Positions 1 to 12,446 of a stretch of 64,000 nucleotides of DNA are shown here, one piece after another; within the stretch, counting starts at the first letter, position 1; every line of letters starts with the position of its first letter. Both the position numbers and the translations under genes were made by a program. Source of the stretch: Balanoglossus misakiensis (taxonomy: Eukaryota; Animalia; Hemichordata); contig CM082585.2 of assembly GCA_040954595.2 (NCBI GenBank), forward strand, positions 6,783,808 through 6,847,807, in the 5' to 3' direction. The notes under the pieces are model-generated. The model was not told where the DNA came from and ran no database searches. It saw nothing but the letters and a program-made list of their open reading frames with translations.

Positions 1-582
1 GTCATACATGTATATCGTGTCGTGTCGTGTCTTATTTTCTGTCTTCCTTTCTGTCGGGCTGTGCGTCTTCTATCCCTAAAAAAAAACATCCGATCTGGTT
101 TTACCAAATTTGATGAATAGACATTGTTTTGGATTGGGATGAAAGACTTTGGTTTTAGTTAGATGCTCAATGGAGAGCACAATTAACATATTGACATATA
201 CACAAATTGACGCACTAAATTGGATGAAAACTTCTACTATAATTAGCCGTATAATGGCTCTGTGGGTGTTATGTCAATTATCTTTCTTATTCAATATTTG
301 ATGACAAATAATGAGTAATACATATCCGCAAATTTGTTGAAAGTTGCAACAGAAACAGACCTGGCAGCTACATGTACTTAAATGTAATGTGAGACGTTTT
401 GCATTTTCACACTAAATTATGGGTAATTTTAATGATCTTGCAGATATGTATTAACGCTTTAAATATCAAGACTTTCCACTATGGCTATTATCACTGTACT
501 GATTCACACTGGCACATATTACAGTCAAATCTCAGACTGAGACATATCTAAATTGGTTCTTTAATTTGTTATATACATGTAG

Positions 583-681
583 GCCCTTGTGTGGCTGGAG
601 TGGTGGGTCTCACCATGCCGAGGTTTTGTCTGTTTGGTGACACTGTGAACACGACATCTAGGATGGAGTCCACTGGGCAAG
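583..681 (+). CDS. Guanylyl cyclase exon ([33 protein letters not shown])
   Basis: Acceptor tag|GC at 582/583, donor G|gtaatt at 681/682; cyclase signature motif. Confidence 0.95.
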
Positions 682-3085
682 GTAATTATAACATTGGGGA
701 TATACGAGTGACACTTTGTGTATCTATAAGAAACTTGATGAACGATTTTGTGACAGATCATGCTGTTCATCTCCGACCAATTATGACGTCGAGTCGTGAC
801 GTTGAATTGTTAGAATAGGATAAACGTAGCCGCCTCAAGATCAGAAAACATGACAAATTAAATGCAAGTGTATGCACAGTCAAACCTGTCTGTAACAGCC
901 AGTCAAGGGACTTTCCTAAATTGGCCTTTATAGAAAGGTGGCCTTCACAGACAGGCCAGTTACTGAACATGTAAATCGCACGTGAACTGTGGCCGCCACG
1001 GACAGGTCAGTTACTGTACATGTAAATCGCACGTGAACTGTGGCCGCCACGGACAGGCCAGTTACTGAACATGTAAATCGCACATGAACTGTGGCCGCCA
1101 CGGACAGGCCAGTTACTGTACATGTAAATCGCACATGAACCATGAACTGTAACATATTGGCCGCTATAGACAGGTCAGTTACTGTACATGTAAATTACAC
1201 ATGAACTGTGGCCGCTATAGACAGGCCAGTTACTGTACATGTAAATCGCACGTGAACTGTGGCCGCCACGGACAGGCCAGTTACTGTACATGTAAATCGC
1301 ACGTGAACTGTGGCCGCCACGGACAGGCCAGTTACTGAACATGTAAATCGCACGTGAACTGTGGCCGCCACGGACAGGCCAGTTACTGAACATGTAAATC
1401 GCACGTGAACTGTGGCCGCCACGGACAGGCCAGTTACTGTACATGTAAATCGCACATGAACCATGAACTGTAACATATTGGCCGCTATAGACAGGTCAGT
1501 TACTGAACATGTAAATCGCACGTGAACTGTGGCCGCCACGGACAGGCCAGTTACTGAACATGTAAATCGCACGTGAACTGTGGCCGCCACGGACAGGCCA
1601 GTTACTGAACATGTAAATCGCACGTGAACTGTGGCCGCCACGGACAGGCCAGTTACTGAACATGTAAATCGCACGTGAACTGTGGCCGCCACGGACAGGC
1701 CAGTTACTGAACATGTAAATCGCACGTGAACTGTGGCCGCCACGGACAGGCCAGTTACTGTACATGTAAATCGCACGTGAACTGTGGCCGCCACCGACAG
1801 GCCAGTTACTGTACATGTAAATTACACATGAACTGTGGCCGCTATAGACAGGCCAGTTACTGTACATGTAAATCGCACGTGAACTGTGGCCGCCACGGAC
1901 AGGCCAGTTACTGTACATGTAAATCGCACGTGAACTGTGGCCGCCACCGACAGGCCAGTTACTGAACATGTAAATCGCACGTGAACTGTGGCCGCCACGG
2001 ACAGGCCAGTTACTGTACATGTAAATCGCACATGAACTGTAACATATTGGCCACTATAGACAGGCCAGTTACTGTACATGTAAATCACACGTGAACTGTG
2101 GCCGCCACGGACAGGCCAGTTACTGTACATGTAAATCGCACATGAACTGTGGCCGCCACGGACAGGTCAGTTACTGTACATGTAAATCGCACATGAACTG
2201 TAACATATTGGCCGCTATAGACAGGTCAGTTACTGTACATGTAAATCGCATGTGAACTGTGGCCGCCACGGACAGGCCAGTTACTGTACATGTAAATCGC
2301 ACATGAACTGTGGCCGCCACGGACAGGTCAGTTACTGTACATGTAAATTGCACATGAACTGTAACATATTGGCCACTATAGACAGGTCAGTTACTGTACA
2401 TGTAAATTACACATGAACTGTGGCCGCTATAGACAGGCCAGTTACTGTACATGTAAATTGCACATGAACTGTAACAAAGTGGCCGCTATAGACGGGTTTT
2501 CACTATATAGATGTGACCACTAACACAAGTTTGACTGTATTAGAACAAGATGACTTGTACCGTAGACTGTCACTCTTGGTGACACAGCGTTGCATGATGT
2601 AACATATTATCATGTGGTGTTTTGTTCCAGCTTTTCGAATACACATTAACGAATCGGTTGTCGAGAAACTTAACGAACTGGGTGGATACCACACCGAGTT
2701 GAGAGGTGACGTTGTTCTTAAGGTTCGTAATACACCAATTGCTGAGTCTTATTTTTAATCGATGTGATTATAAGTTCTCATTAAAAATTAACAATTATCC
2801 TAATTTATTTCTCTAAAATCACCAAAGGTTCTTAAATAGGCATAGCCGAGCTTCTTACTCAATTGTCAAGGTTCTTACGTTTTAGAGCCTACAAAGTCAA
2901 AACAAGTCAGTGTTCTACCTGACAAAGTCTTATGTTTAGTCGATGCAATGATAATTTAAAAACTATTGAATCTCCGTCAATTTTCATAGGGTAAAGGAAT
3001 TGCAAGAACACATTGGTTGATTGGCAAGGATGGTTTCAACAAACCACTTCCAGATTACACCCTCTATCAGGAAGATGAGAAGTGA
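583..3085 (+). CDS. Receptor (membrane) guanylyl cyclase, 3' part only (5' exons lie upstream of the window); short form ends at TGA 3083-3085
   Basis: Exons 583-681, 2631-2722 and 2990-3085 join in frame across GT-AG introns: [95 protein letters not shown]. This is the C-terminal half of a class III cyclase with the guanine-specifying Cys (RFCLFG). The GFNKPLP tail is typical of membrane GCs. Confidence 0.95.
877..2537. mobile_element. Non-autonomous Tc1/mariner-pogo-type MITE with an internal minisatellite, in a guanylyl cyclase intron
   Basis: Imperfect terminal inverted repeats cagtcaaacctgt (877) and acaagtttgactg (2537), followed by TA (left flank reads CA). No transposase ORF. Confidence 0.75.
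951..2492. repeat. 51-bp minisatellite, about 29 units (acaggccagttactgWacatgtaaatcgcacgtgaactgtggccgccacgg and variants)
   Basis: Directly visible tandem array with two unit variants (gccgccacgg / gccgctatag) and occasional short insertions. Confidence 0.97.
2631..2722 (+). CDS. Guanylyl cyclase exon (AFRIHINES...RGDVVLK)
   Basis: Acceptor ttttgttccag, donor AAG|gttcgt; 92 bp, phase 1 to phase 0. Confidence 0.93.
2990..3085 (+). CDS. Guanylyl cyclase exon ([31 protein letters not shown]); may instead end at donor 3081/3082
   Basis: Acceptor ttttcatag; GKG..T.WL motif. AAG-TGA overlaps AA|gtgagt. Confidence 0.92.
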   Translation, partial: GKGIARTHWLIGKDGFNKPLPDYTLYQEDEK

Positions 3086-4821
3086 GTATCATGACACAAA
3101 GTCAAGACTAGAAAGAGATTAATATAGTGATGGTACATGTACAAAAACAGCATTCAGATCAATGTTGGAGAACACATTAGTTGGCTTTGTTCAGAATGTA
3201 CCATGTGAATATAAATTAGTATGCAATGCATAAGGTGAATAGTATATTTGGTTATACCGTTACAAGATGATGTTGATGTTTGGAAAGTTCCGGGCGTGCT
3301 GGTTTTAGTGGGTTTTGTTAGAATAAAAGTAGATACCGTACAAGACGTGTCTAGTACGGAACTACCAGCGTATGTCTCTGGTTAATAAAGATCCCAGCTG
3401 ACATTCAGTTGGAAACGACCTGGTAGTCCATTTACGCAGGGAATGGATCTACATCTGCAACTGAAAGACAAAAGCCCTTATTGAAAGAAATTCTGTTCGA
3501 CAAATTGATAAGGCCTATGAATTTCTCTTAGGGTAGTATATAAGATGTATATGTTAATATGTATTGTACGGTATATTAATATGTGTTAGTTTGCATGCAA
3601 ATTTATATAATTATTGAAATATGATAAATTTAAATTTTTTAAATTTCTTGATCTTTTTTCTTCACCTCAACTAACTCACAATAACTATTTTAGTCAACAG
3701 AGCAGGTACCGAAACGTTTCCACATGAAAACTCTGTCAACGGGTATTTCGGTAAAGTTGATCAGCTATCAAAGCACGTGGTCTGCAAACATAACAGTATG
3801 TGGTCATGAGTATATGGCCACAGGTCCATGCCGCGCATTGCATTTGCAGACATCTTGATCACGTTAACCTGATAGATAAGATTTACCTAAGAACCCGTCT
3901 GCAAGATTTCGTCCCAGAAGAGTTTCGGTACCTGCCGTTGGACTGTGTGGACCACTGCAAATAACATGTACCGGCACATCCGGGTTTTCTTCACTTCTTG
4001 TATTTTTGTTTCCTTTTGCAATCACACTTTTCACTTGCAGATCTTGATAGTACGCCCCCAACGTCTGGCACCGTTCCCCTCCTGAGGAAGCTGCTGGGTT
4101 TCAGTCTTCCATTTTACGAGATCTTTTTCGTCTCGATCACTTTGAGCTCGCGACCGACTCACCACTCACGTAGTATAGTTGGTCTAGACGTCCATAGATG
4201 TGATAATGTGACTGGTACAGACGTTGAAAAGAGATCGCCTCTTCTCGTCTTCCACTACGTCAACGCACGCGCAGACCATTCATTGAGTATGTATTCCCGA
4301 TTTCCATACATTAAGGATTTTCCTGCAATACAAATGTATGTAGTGAACGATTGAAAAATGGTGATGGTAATTGCTTCACCATACCCCGGCATACCACTGG
4401 CCATAATATATTCTAGCCAGTTTGAGCCAGTCAGTTGCCCAGTAATCAGTCAATGGGTAGTTTTGTTTCAATACTTTCAGTTTACAGCTAAAAATAAGAG
4501 TCCGCGTGTATATAGACACTCGCTTGTTGGACGCGATAACTTAGCCCAAAGTAAAATTTTTGTGTAACTTTGCGAGTAGGTGTTTGTGAATACAAACACT
4601 GTATGGCCTATCTGTCTAATATTCTCTGACAACTGGGACAAGTTTCAGATAAGTTATTCAGAACGCCTATTTTATGCAGTGTGGCATTGATTTTGAAGGT
4701 GAAAAGGCAATACAATAATAACCAACCAATCAATCACCACCCAACCAACCAATCTACCAAACGACCAACCAACCAATTGCACACACAAATATTTAAAAAT
4801 CCTTATGATTTACAATTGCAG

Positions 4822-5953
4822 GCAATTGCCGGTTCAAGTGAATAGTACACCAGCTGCCAATGAAAGTGAATTAACATCCCTCTCTCCAAGTAAAGCAGAC
4901 ACAGATACCGATCGCCGACAATCAGACGACATTCCAAAGAGTTCAGACACGCCGACTGCCCTCAACGATTGCCTCATGCAGGAAAATCATGCAGGGAATC
5001 GGTCACAGTCTATCGCTACCATGGTGTCAAGCGCCTTTGAATTAATTGCTTCTGCAGCGATTGGTTGCAGCGCAACGGCGATTGCGTCATCGCGGAGCAA
5101 ATGTTCAGTGACCAGCGTAGACATCGATGCGCCCTCGACGGCGAGACGTGTCAGCAAGCAAAACGCGCCGTCGGCAGTCAGTGAAAATGCATCCAAGAAC
5201 AGAGGAAGGCTTTCAGTTACAAAACAAACCAATGTGGCAGCAGCAATCGCTCAAATGCACCGGAAGAACATTTTCGATTTAAGCAAAGAAGAAAAATCGA
5301 CATCGCCGACGATGAACAAAAAACAAAGTAATGACAGCGGAGCGTATTTTGACAGTCCTAACCCGAGTCCGGTATTCGAAGAAACTAAAGAACCAGTTGT
5401 CTCAGAATCGTGTTTCCAAAACGATAACTATAATGTACCGGTATGTGCCTCTACAACTGCAGAAACACTCGACCAATTGAATTCTACAGAGAATATCGTG
5501 CAAACTGATCAGCCTCCCTTAAAACGCGATACGTTAACTAACCTTAATGAATTACCCACAAACGTGGAAAACACCGCCGACATAACCAGTGCAGACGGGA
5601 ATTTGGAGGATAAACTTGTAAAGGTAAAACCACGGGAACCAGTGAAGTCGAAGCGGAAGATTGTTCCCACGGGATTTAGGAAGCGCACCGTGGCTACAAG
5701 AAAAGAATTGGAAAACGGGGTCGATGTAACAAGCGCAGATGGTTTGGGCGGTAATGTGGAGGACAAACTTGCAAAGGAAAAACCACGCGAAGCAGCTAAG
5801 AAAAGGAAGACCGTTCCTGCCGGATTTAAGAAGCACAGTGTGGCTACTCAAAAAGAACGGCCCAAACCCCCATATGGGAAAAAACTTCATTCTGCGAGAA
5901 ACCCAAGAAGAGTATTAACAAAGAGAGATGTGCGACAAACAAAAACTAAATGA
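4822..5953 (+). CDS. Long Ser/Thr/Lys-rich low-complexity exon, probable extended C-terminal tail of the guanylyl cyclase
   Basis: Longest ORF in the window (382 aa). Acceptor ttgcag|G at 4821/4822 needs a phase-2 donor, and the donor at 3082 is phase 2. An internal duplicated motif diverges largely at synonymous positions. AATAAA at ~6408 and ~6725. Confidence 0.7.
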
Positions 5954-6849
5954 ACCAAGGCGGTTTTGGGCGCTAATAGACGGTTACATTCATGTTAGTC
6001 TTGTGCGCACATGCAGAATTGTAATCCAAGATCTTGTTCGGAAAAAGACATTTAGGTTTTTCCACGTTCAATGGCAGACTTCAACACACACATGCTATGA
6101 AACACATTGCCTTAAAATCTTAAAATGCCGTTAGTAAAACAGAAAACATGAATGTTGTGGCGATCATCGATAGATTTTAGCTGCAGTAAATTCATATGCC
6201 AGTCCAGAGTTGCATAAATTGCAAGAAACTTGACAATGTTTTTTCTTAACTTCTACTTTTGTAGAGAGCGCACACAGAACTTTTTGATGTTTTGTATGTA
6301 ATCATTCTAGAGGGCGCAATTGTTAGCAAGGGAAGCAGTTCTTATCTATGCACGCGTTGAAAATTGTTGGTTTCCAGACTATGCATACAAAATGCTCATG
6401 CTCATCAATAAACACTGACAGTCTTATTAGTATGAACATGTTGGACTACTTTAGTTCCAGATGCGACCAGATTACTGCTGTGCTTTTTGTTGAAGTTTTG
6501 TCGAATCAGGGAGCAAATATTGTGTGAAATATATAATTGTCCATTATCTATGACTTAGCTACGGTTGCAAGAGTGCTGGCCTTGGTAATTTAAAAACGCA
6601 ATGCCAAATTTAGTCATATTTTCTTTTTTCCTTTTGTTGTTGTAATCATTCGTTTTCCTTTCCTGCCTTTGAGGACTCTGATGTAAATCACAATTCTACT
6701 TTGTAACACAGACTACCCTTTTAAAATAAAATGTAATGTTAATAATATACATTACTAAACATAAATATGCAAACTGCTTAAGGGAAATTTCAATCGACGG
6801 CTGCAAAAGGCGCCCTCTCAGTCGAACTATACTTACAACTTCGAGTGCA

Positions 6850-9800
6850 CGACGATGTACCGCATGCTGCTGTTTCGATGCAAATGTCGCCTATTTCCGT
6901 TTTGCAATTTGTGGTAATTGTGACCACCCATAGCACTGCGTGAACTATCGGCCGCACCTGTCACTCATGGCATGACCCTGAATGGGAAACTCCATCAATT
7001 GCACTGGGAGATTGGCTTCCCAATACGAACTACAGAATGTCAATGGCATCGAAAGTAGGACTCATAAAGCACTGCCTAATGAAGCTCATTTATTGGCAAA
7101 ATTGGAAACCATCTTCACAATGAAAGTGGCGCAATGTATATGTCAACTCGCATTTTCCTTCAGGGTTCTCCGCGAGATTTTTACCAAATGTGAAAGTGAT
7201 ACATTCACTTTTGAGTCAATTATGACCATCTACAAGTGAATTACCTTCTGCTATCTGAAAAAAACTCAGCTCGATGAAATAGCTGTGCATCAGCATATGA
7301 CTCCGGTCGTCGGTATAAGGTCTAAAAGATTAGGACGAAATGTCAATATTGTTCTTTTTTCGGTATTTTTTTAACATTTTGAGAAAGGATGTCTAATTGC
7401 CTGAAACTGAACATTCAGTTGTTTTGAGGTATGATTTGCAGTGTCCTAGAAATATTCGCCTTCGAGATATTACATTTTACATGATTCTGTCCATTACCAC
7501 GCCCACATACATGTGAAGAGGCACATACATGTATAGAGAGATGCACAAATATGCCCAGGGACAGGCTAGCAAACAGAGAGATGTGGGCACTCCTACGCTT
7601 AAGAAACCCAAATGATATGAACCCGCCAAATATTCAACGGAGAACCAATACCATCCGGTTCTGGGCGTAATTGGATCGACCACAATTCCCTGAACTGATC
7701 AGCCGTCCTGTTAAGTACTGCCAATCTGTTTTGCCTTTTATGAGAGTTGACACATCGGCTGAAACAAGATCAGATAAAACTCCGAAATTGGGAACCTCTC
7801 TGATATATTTGGGAACCAATTTAAACCAGATTAGGAGATCACCGTCGTTGTTAGACTTTTTAATAAACGTTTCGAATAACATGCTAACAAAACACCTGTG
7901 TGATATCCTTATCTCGTCGTGAAAGATAAACCATAATTTTCCAAGAACTCAGCCTAACGTGTAATAATATAAAGCTTTGAACATTTAGGTAATGCCAATC
8001 ATTTGCAATCTATAAGCAGACAGTTTTACACCTGGAATTCGTACTCTCTGATTTTTTTTTTGTGAAATGCCAAGCTCAAAACCAAATAGCGACATAAATT
8101 CATAAAAATGAGGACACTTCTTATATAAATCTAGATTGAATCTTGAATCATTATAAATAATTCATTGGCAACAGAAATGGCTCAAATCTGGTTCTGTCTG
8201 ACCCGCTGAACAGGAACATTTTTCTTTGGCCTTCATGGCTGTTTTCTCACACCACTCCAGTAGACATATGCAATTAGATTTATCGTTCGAACGTGATTCC
8301 CATATCAAGATTTGACACTAATCCCGCAGTTCCCACGTCATTTTTTGCAGTTCACATTAAAGGCTATTGAGCGTTACGCGAATGGAATGAACACCGACAA
8401 ACGCAACTCCAGAGTAATTATTCAAGTCACGTCAGCTGTATCACCTGACCAATGCGATGTTCACTCCCCTATGATTAGGAGCATAACTAGTGTGTTGCCT
8501 GGTGCATCCCATTGCCCCCAAGCCATGATATAGAAACACGAGCATTTTATTTGATCGATTAAGTAAACTAGCCACGACATGATTGCTATTTAAACCGACA
8601 ATCGTACAGAAAGCTCGCCGTTTAAAACTTGGATGAAAAAAAACCTGAAACCAGAGACAGAAGCAGTCTTAGAGGGGGGAAGAGAGGGTTGTTCAGGTAG
8701 TTGGATATACAGAATGATATAACGACGACTTATCTTCACAATAACATTAGGATTTACATAGCTTAAAAAATACCACTTATCAAAGAATTTTAGTGTTAAT
8801 TTAAGTTAAGTGTAATTTAAGTTGTGTATATTGTATCTTGGTACTATACGCCATGTTGTTTAGCCAATCAGTAAATACATGCAATATTGGGATTTAATGT
8901 TAAAACCAGAATATTAGCCGATCATTGTAATCCACTGATCAACCAATCACAATTAGAATTTTTTTAAACAGAGGTTTCATGTACGTTTACACAAAGAGGA
9001 GATCTGAAGAAACACATACAAACAATACAAACATGATCCATACAAACAATAGACCATATTTGTGATTTGTTCATCTTGGGACAAGGACCAGCCATTTGCT
9101 CTTACTTTAATAATAAGATGCATATTTGATCTTTTCACGTGATGCTATATGATTAGAGATGTCGTCTACTGAGGTGACCTTCTATAATTAATTAAAAAAA
9201 AACTGAGTACGGTATTTCGTTATCAGCTAAATTGAAATGCTACTGATTGATTCAGAAGGCTTTAGGCAATCAATGACATGCAGCTGGGGTTTGTTCAGAT
9301 AAAACTCAGAAAATCAACACAATACATGTAGTTTTTTCATGGCGAGTCTAAATCTTCGCTCAAGTGTGGGAAGGTAGACAATTCTGTCTGTATGTATGTA
9401 TGTATGTATGTATGTATGTATGTATGTATGTACCGGTATATATGTATGTACCGGTATGTATGTATGTATGTATGTATGTATATAGAATTATATGTTTTAC
9501 ATGTCGAATTATGTTGTCTGCATCATGGTTATGCTTTGTGCAAGCTTAAGGTTTCATGTCGTGTCATTGGCTCTGTCGTCTCAAATGCAACACGTTTTCC
9601 AAAGACCTTAACTTAAAATGTACGCCGCACGTTTCCACTCTCAGATGCTGATCAATTCAATAAAATGCCTAGACTAGAGCGAACATTCGTCTCAATCAGG
9701 AATTCATAGCTTCATATAGCTTTGCTTTATAGGGAACGACTCGAGTGAAGACGAAAAAAATCGCAAGTCAAGAGTTGCCCAGCCAATAAAATTAGAAATT

Positions 9801-11330
9801 CCACATGGGGGTCGGCAAATAAAGGTGCCGCTAGATGCTGATCAAAGGGCGAACAGTCGGGTCCACATCTCAGTAATTGCCCCTGATTGGGAATGTCGTC
9901 TGTTGTCGAGCTATACACAACAAATTTAGCCGTTAGGTATTGGCTCATTTCAAGATGGGTACGTGTGGTGAGTGGCTAACACAGGCACATCCTGCCATTC
10001 AAGCTTTTCAGATTTGGTACAATGTGGAATTTCTTGACACATACCCAAAGATGGCGCTTAGTTCAGTTATAGGACAATTTTCTGCATTTAGTATTGCAAT
10101 CAAAATCAATCAGTTCTGATTCACATTACGTACTAAAGTCCATACGACACCGTTACTGTTTGCTGGTCCAATTTTTGTTTTGTTCAAGTTTTTCAACCTC
10201 TTGAAAACTTATTTGCTGACATTTTATTTATTTAACCACTTCTGAAGACATATCTGGTGTAAAGATTTTATGTTGTTTGGCAATTGCAGTACACTACAAT
10301 CAGAACAATCCTTTCATATCATGAGGACAAATATCAAGTCGGCCAGAACGATACACTTTATTTCCTTCACCGGAAGTCTTGTTTTCTGTTGGTCACAATC
10401 ATCAAATTATTAATGGTGTCATTCCACCGATAAAGAATTTCATACAGAATTGTGGATAGGTAATCAATGAAAGGGTTGATCAATCATTTGGATACAGTGT
10501 CTACAGTTGTCGGATATTTTGAAGGTATAATTGGAGTACATGCATTTCGTGCTTCCCCTCGACAAAATACCAGGATGTAAAGGTCATGTAGGGGTCATGC
10601 AAGTGGCCTATTAAATGACGAAAATACAAGTTTCCTACTGTGGAAAGAAATTACAATCACCCATGATGTTGCGATCAAAGTCCAATTTGACATTTGACAA
10701 AGAGGGCAAAGTTTGTGTTTCAGATGTGACTGTAACAACGTCAAGCACAATTATTGACTTGATACGTCAATGCAGTTAACGTTGTATTAGCACATTTCAA
10801 CCACTGAAAGTTAATATATATAACACTTCTTTGAAGAGGCTGTCCTTCTTAGCGCCTGGAATCTCTTAAATTACAATATAATTCAAGTAGATAGAAATAA
10901 AATACATGACAAGATTGATGTAGGCAAAGGGCAACCAATTTTGTGTCAAATCGTGATACGACACTGTTCACCAAAGAGAACGCCTATAGGGCATCTTGTT
11001 GTCACAGCGTGCATTGAATTGGTGAATGCAAGACTTCACGTGGACTGTCTCCCGATTGGAATTTAAAAAGGACACACGCTGACATTCTGTGCGTAAGGGT
11101 CACTTGAAACGCGGATATTACCCAGGCTGCTTTGCCCTTGCCCCCATTGCAATCAATGAGAAGTCAAAATACTCAGAGGTGATACGCGCACTTTCCGTTG
11201 CATTTGAAAGGACAGTATTTCAAGTGTCCCTGTCTTTGGGACGTTAACATTACTGATCAAGTAAAACGTTCCTATTGTTTCTGCATCTTACACGCAATAG
11301 ACCGCTTTAGGTCTACAGTGGGCATTATTA
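6850..11330 (+). pseudogene. Possible heavily decayed TRIM2/3/71-like (B-box, filamin, NHL) pseudogene
   Basis: Fragments appear in the expected domain order: CTAC...AICGNC (~6850-6930); an exon-like segment 9733-9958, RVAQPIKLEI...VHISVIAPD, with in-frame TAG at 9927; NHL-like LTFDKEGKVCVSD (10687-10725), GHLVVT (10989-11006) and KGQYFKCP..WDVNIT (~11207-11254). Broken by stops and frameshifts. Recognised by eye only. Confidence 0.3.
9389..9482. repeat. (TATG)n microsatellite, interrupted
   Basis: Directly visible. Confidence 0.95.
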
Positions 11331-12312
11331 ACTAAATGAAGATTTGCTGAATACAGCAATCAGAGTGCATTTACCTACCTACTGTATTTAGCCTTGATTG
11401 GCCCTCTCTGATTTCTCGACGTTAACATTTAAATCCTCTTTTGCTCATTCAGAGACAGATTTCCGAATCATTCCAATATGTCTTTTGGAATAATACATAG
11501 AAAACACTTGGATGTTCACCTTGAAGCCATTTATTAGTGCAAACTAACAAGGTCTAGACATCTATCCAGCAGAGATAATTATGATTAGCCTATTCATACC
11601 AGGAAATCCAATTGGTTTCAACATCTCCCACATATAACTGCCTCAGGATTTGTGTTTCGTTTGCCTTTGAGTAAGCATACAGTTATTTGGTTATGCTGTA
11701 GGTACATTTGTATCTAGTTGCTATTTCGCAGAAATGTATGCTATGTATCCGTGAGGATTGTGCTTTTACACGGCGGTCGCTATGACACAGAAAAAGAACA
11801 AGTCATGAAACCAAATCCGATTTTGGCAGATGCATTGCTAAGTTCATGCTAAATCTGTTTCTATATTCGCCGTCGGCAGGGGTATTGCGTAATTAATAAC
11901 AGCCTTAAAATTTGTTTTAGTCAAGTTAGTTCAACTGTTCACGTCCAGCAGAAAGTTTGCTCATAGCACCTCGATGAAATGTGGCCTACTTAACTTTAAT
12001 GCTCAACCTAAAATCGATCTATTTCAAATAGAAGCAATCTGGACGATTTTATCACTTCAAGTGTGCCAGCGTATAACCGCATTGCTGCTCCTGATCAAGA
12101 TTTTTATTTGACATCTAACACTGGACTGATAGGAGCACTAAATTGAAATTAGATTGGGCTTTCCAATGTCACCCTTCAGGCCATATGTGATTGCTTTTTC
12201 GTTTCGGAGCATTCCTATGTGAATGTCACTAATGTCAAAACCAAACAGACAAAACATTAATTGTTCTTCATATATTTGATTTATTTTATCATTGTGCGAA
12301 TAGACTACTATT

Positions 12313-12379
12313 TATGTATGTATGTATGTATGTATGTATGTATGTACGTATGTATGTACATATGTATGTATGTATGTAC

Positions 12380-12410
<31 letters not shown>

Positions 12411-12446
12411 TGTATGTATGTATGTATGTATGTATGTATGTATGTA
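12313..12446. repeat. (TATG)n microsatellite
   Basis: Directly visible. Confidence 0.95.

Noticed and set aside
985-2330. ccacggacag in the minisatellite unit resembles the RE1/NRSE core
   Set aside because: The left half (TCAGCA) is missing and the right flank mismatches; most likely coincidence.
928-2353. Long repetitive ORFs ([11 protein letters not shown]..., [11 protein letters not shown]...) and a CRISPR-like look
   Set aside because: Products of a 51-bp (multiple of 3) intronic minisatellite. The units are contiguous with no unique spacers and there are no cas genes.
3998-4354. 118-aa ORF with an acceptor at 4040 as an extra cyclase exon
   Set aside because: It needs the unproven 3701-3750 exon to be in frame, has only weak phase-2 donors, and shows no recognisable sequence. 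A direct 3081->4822 splice is simpler.
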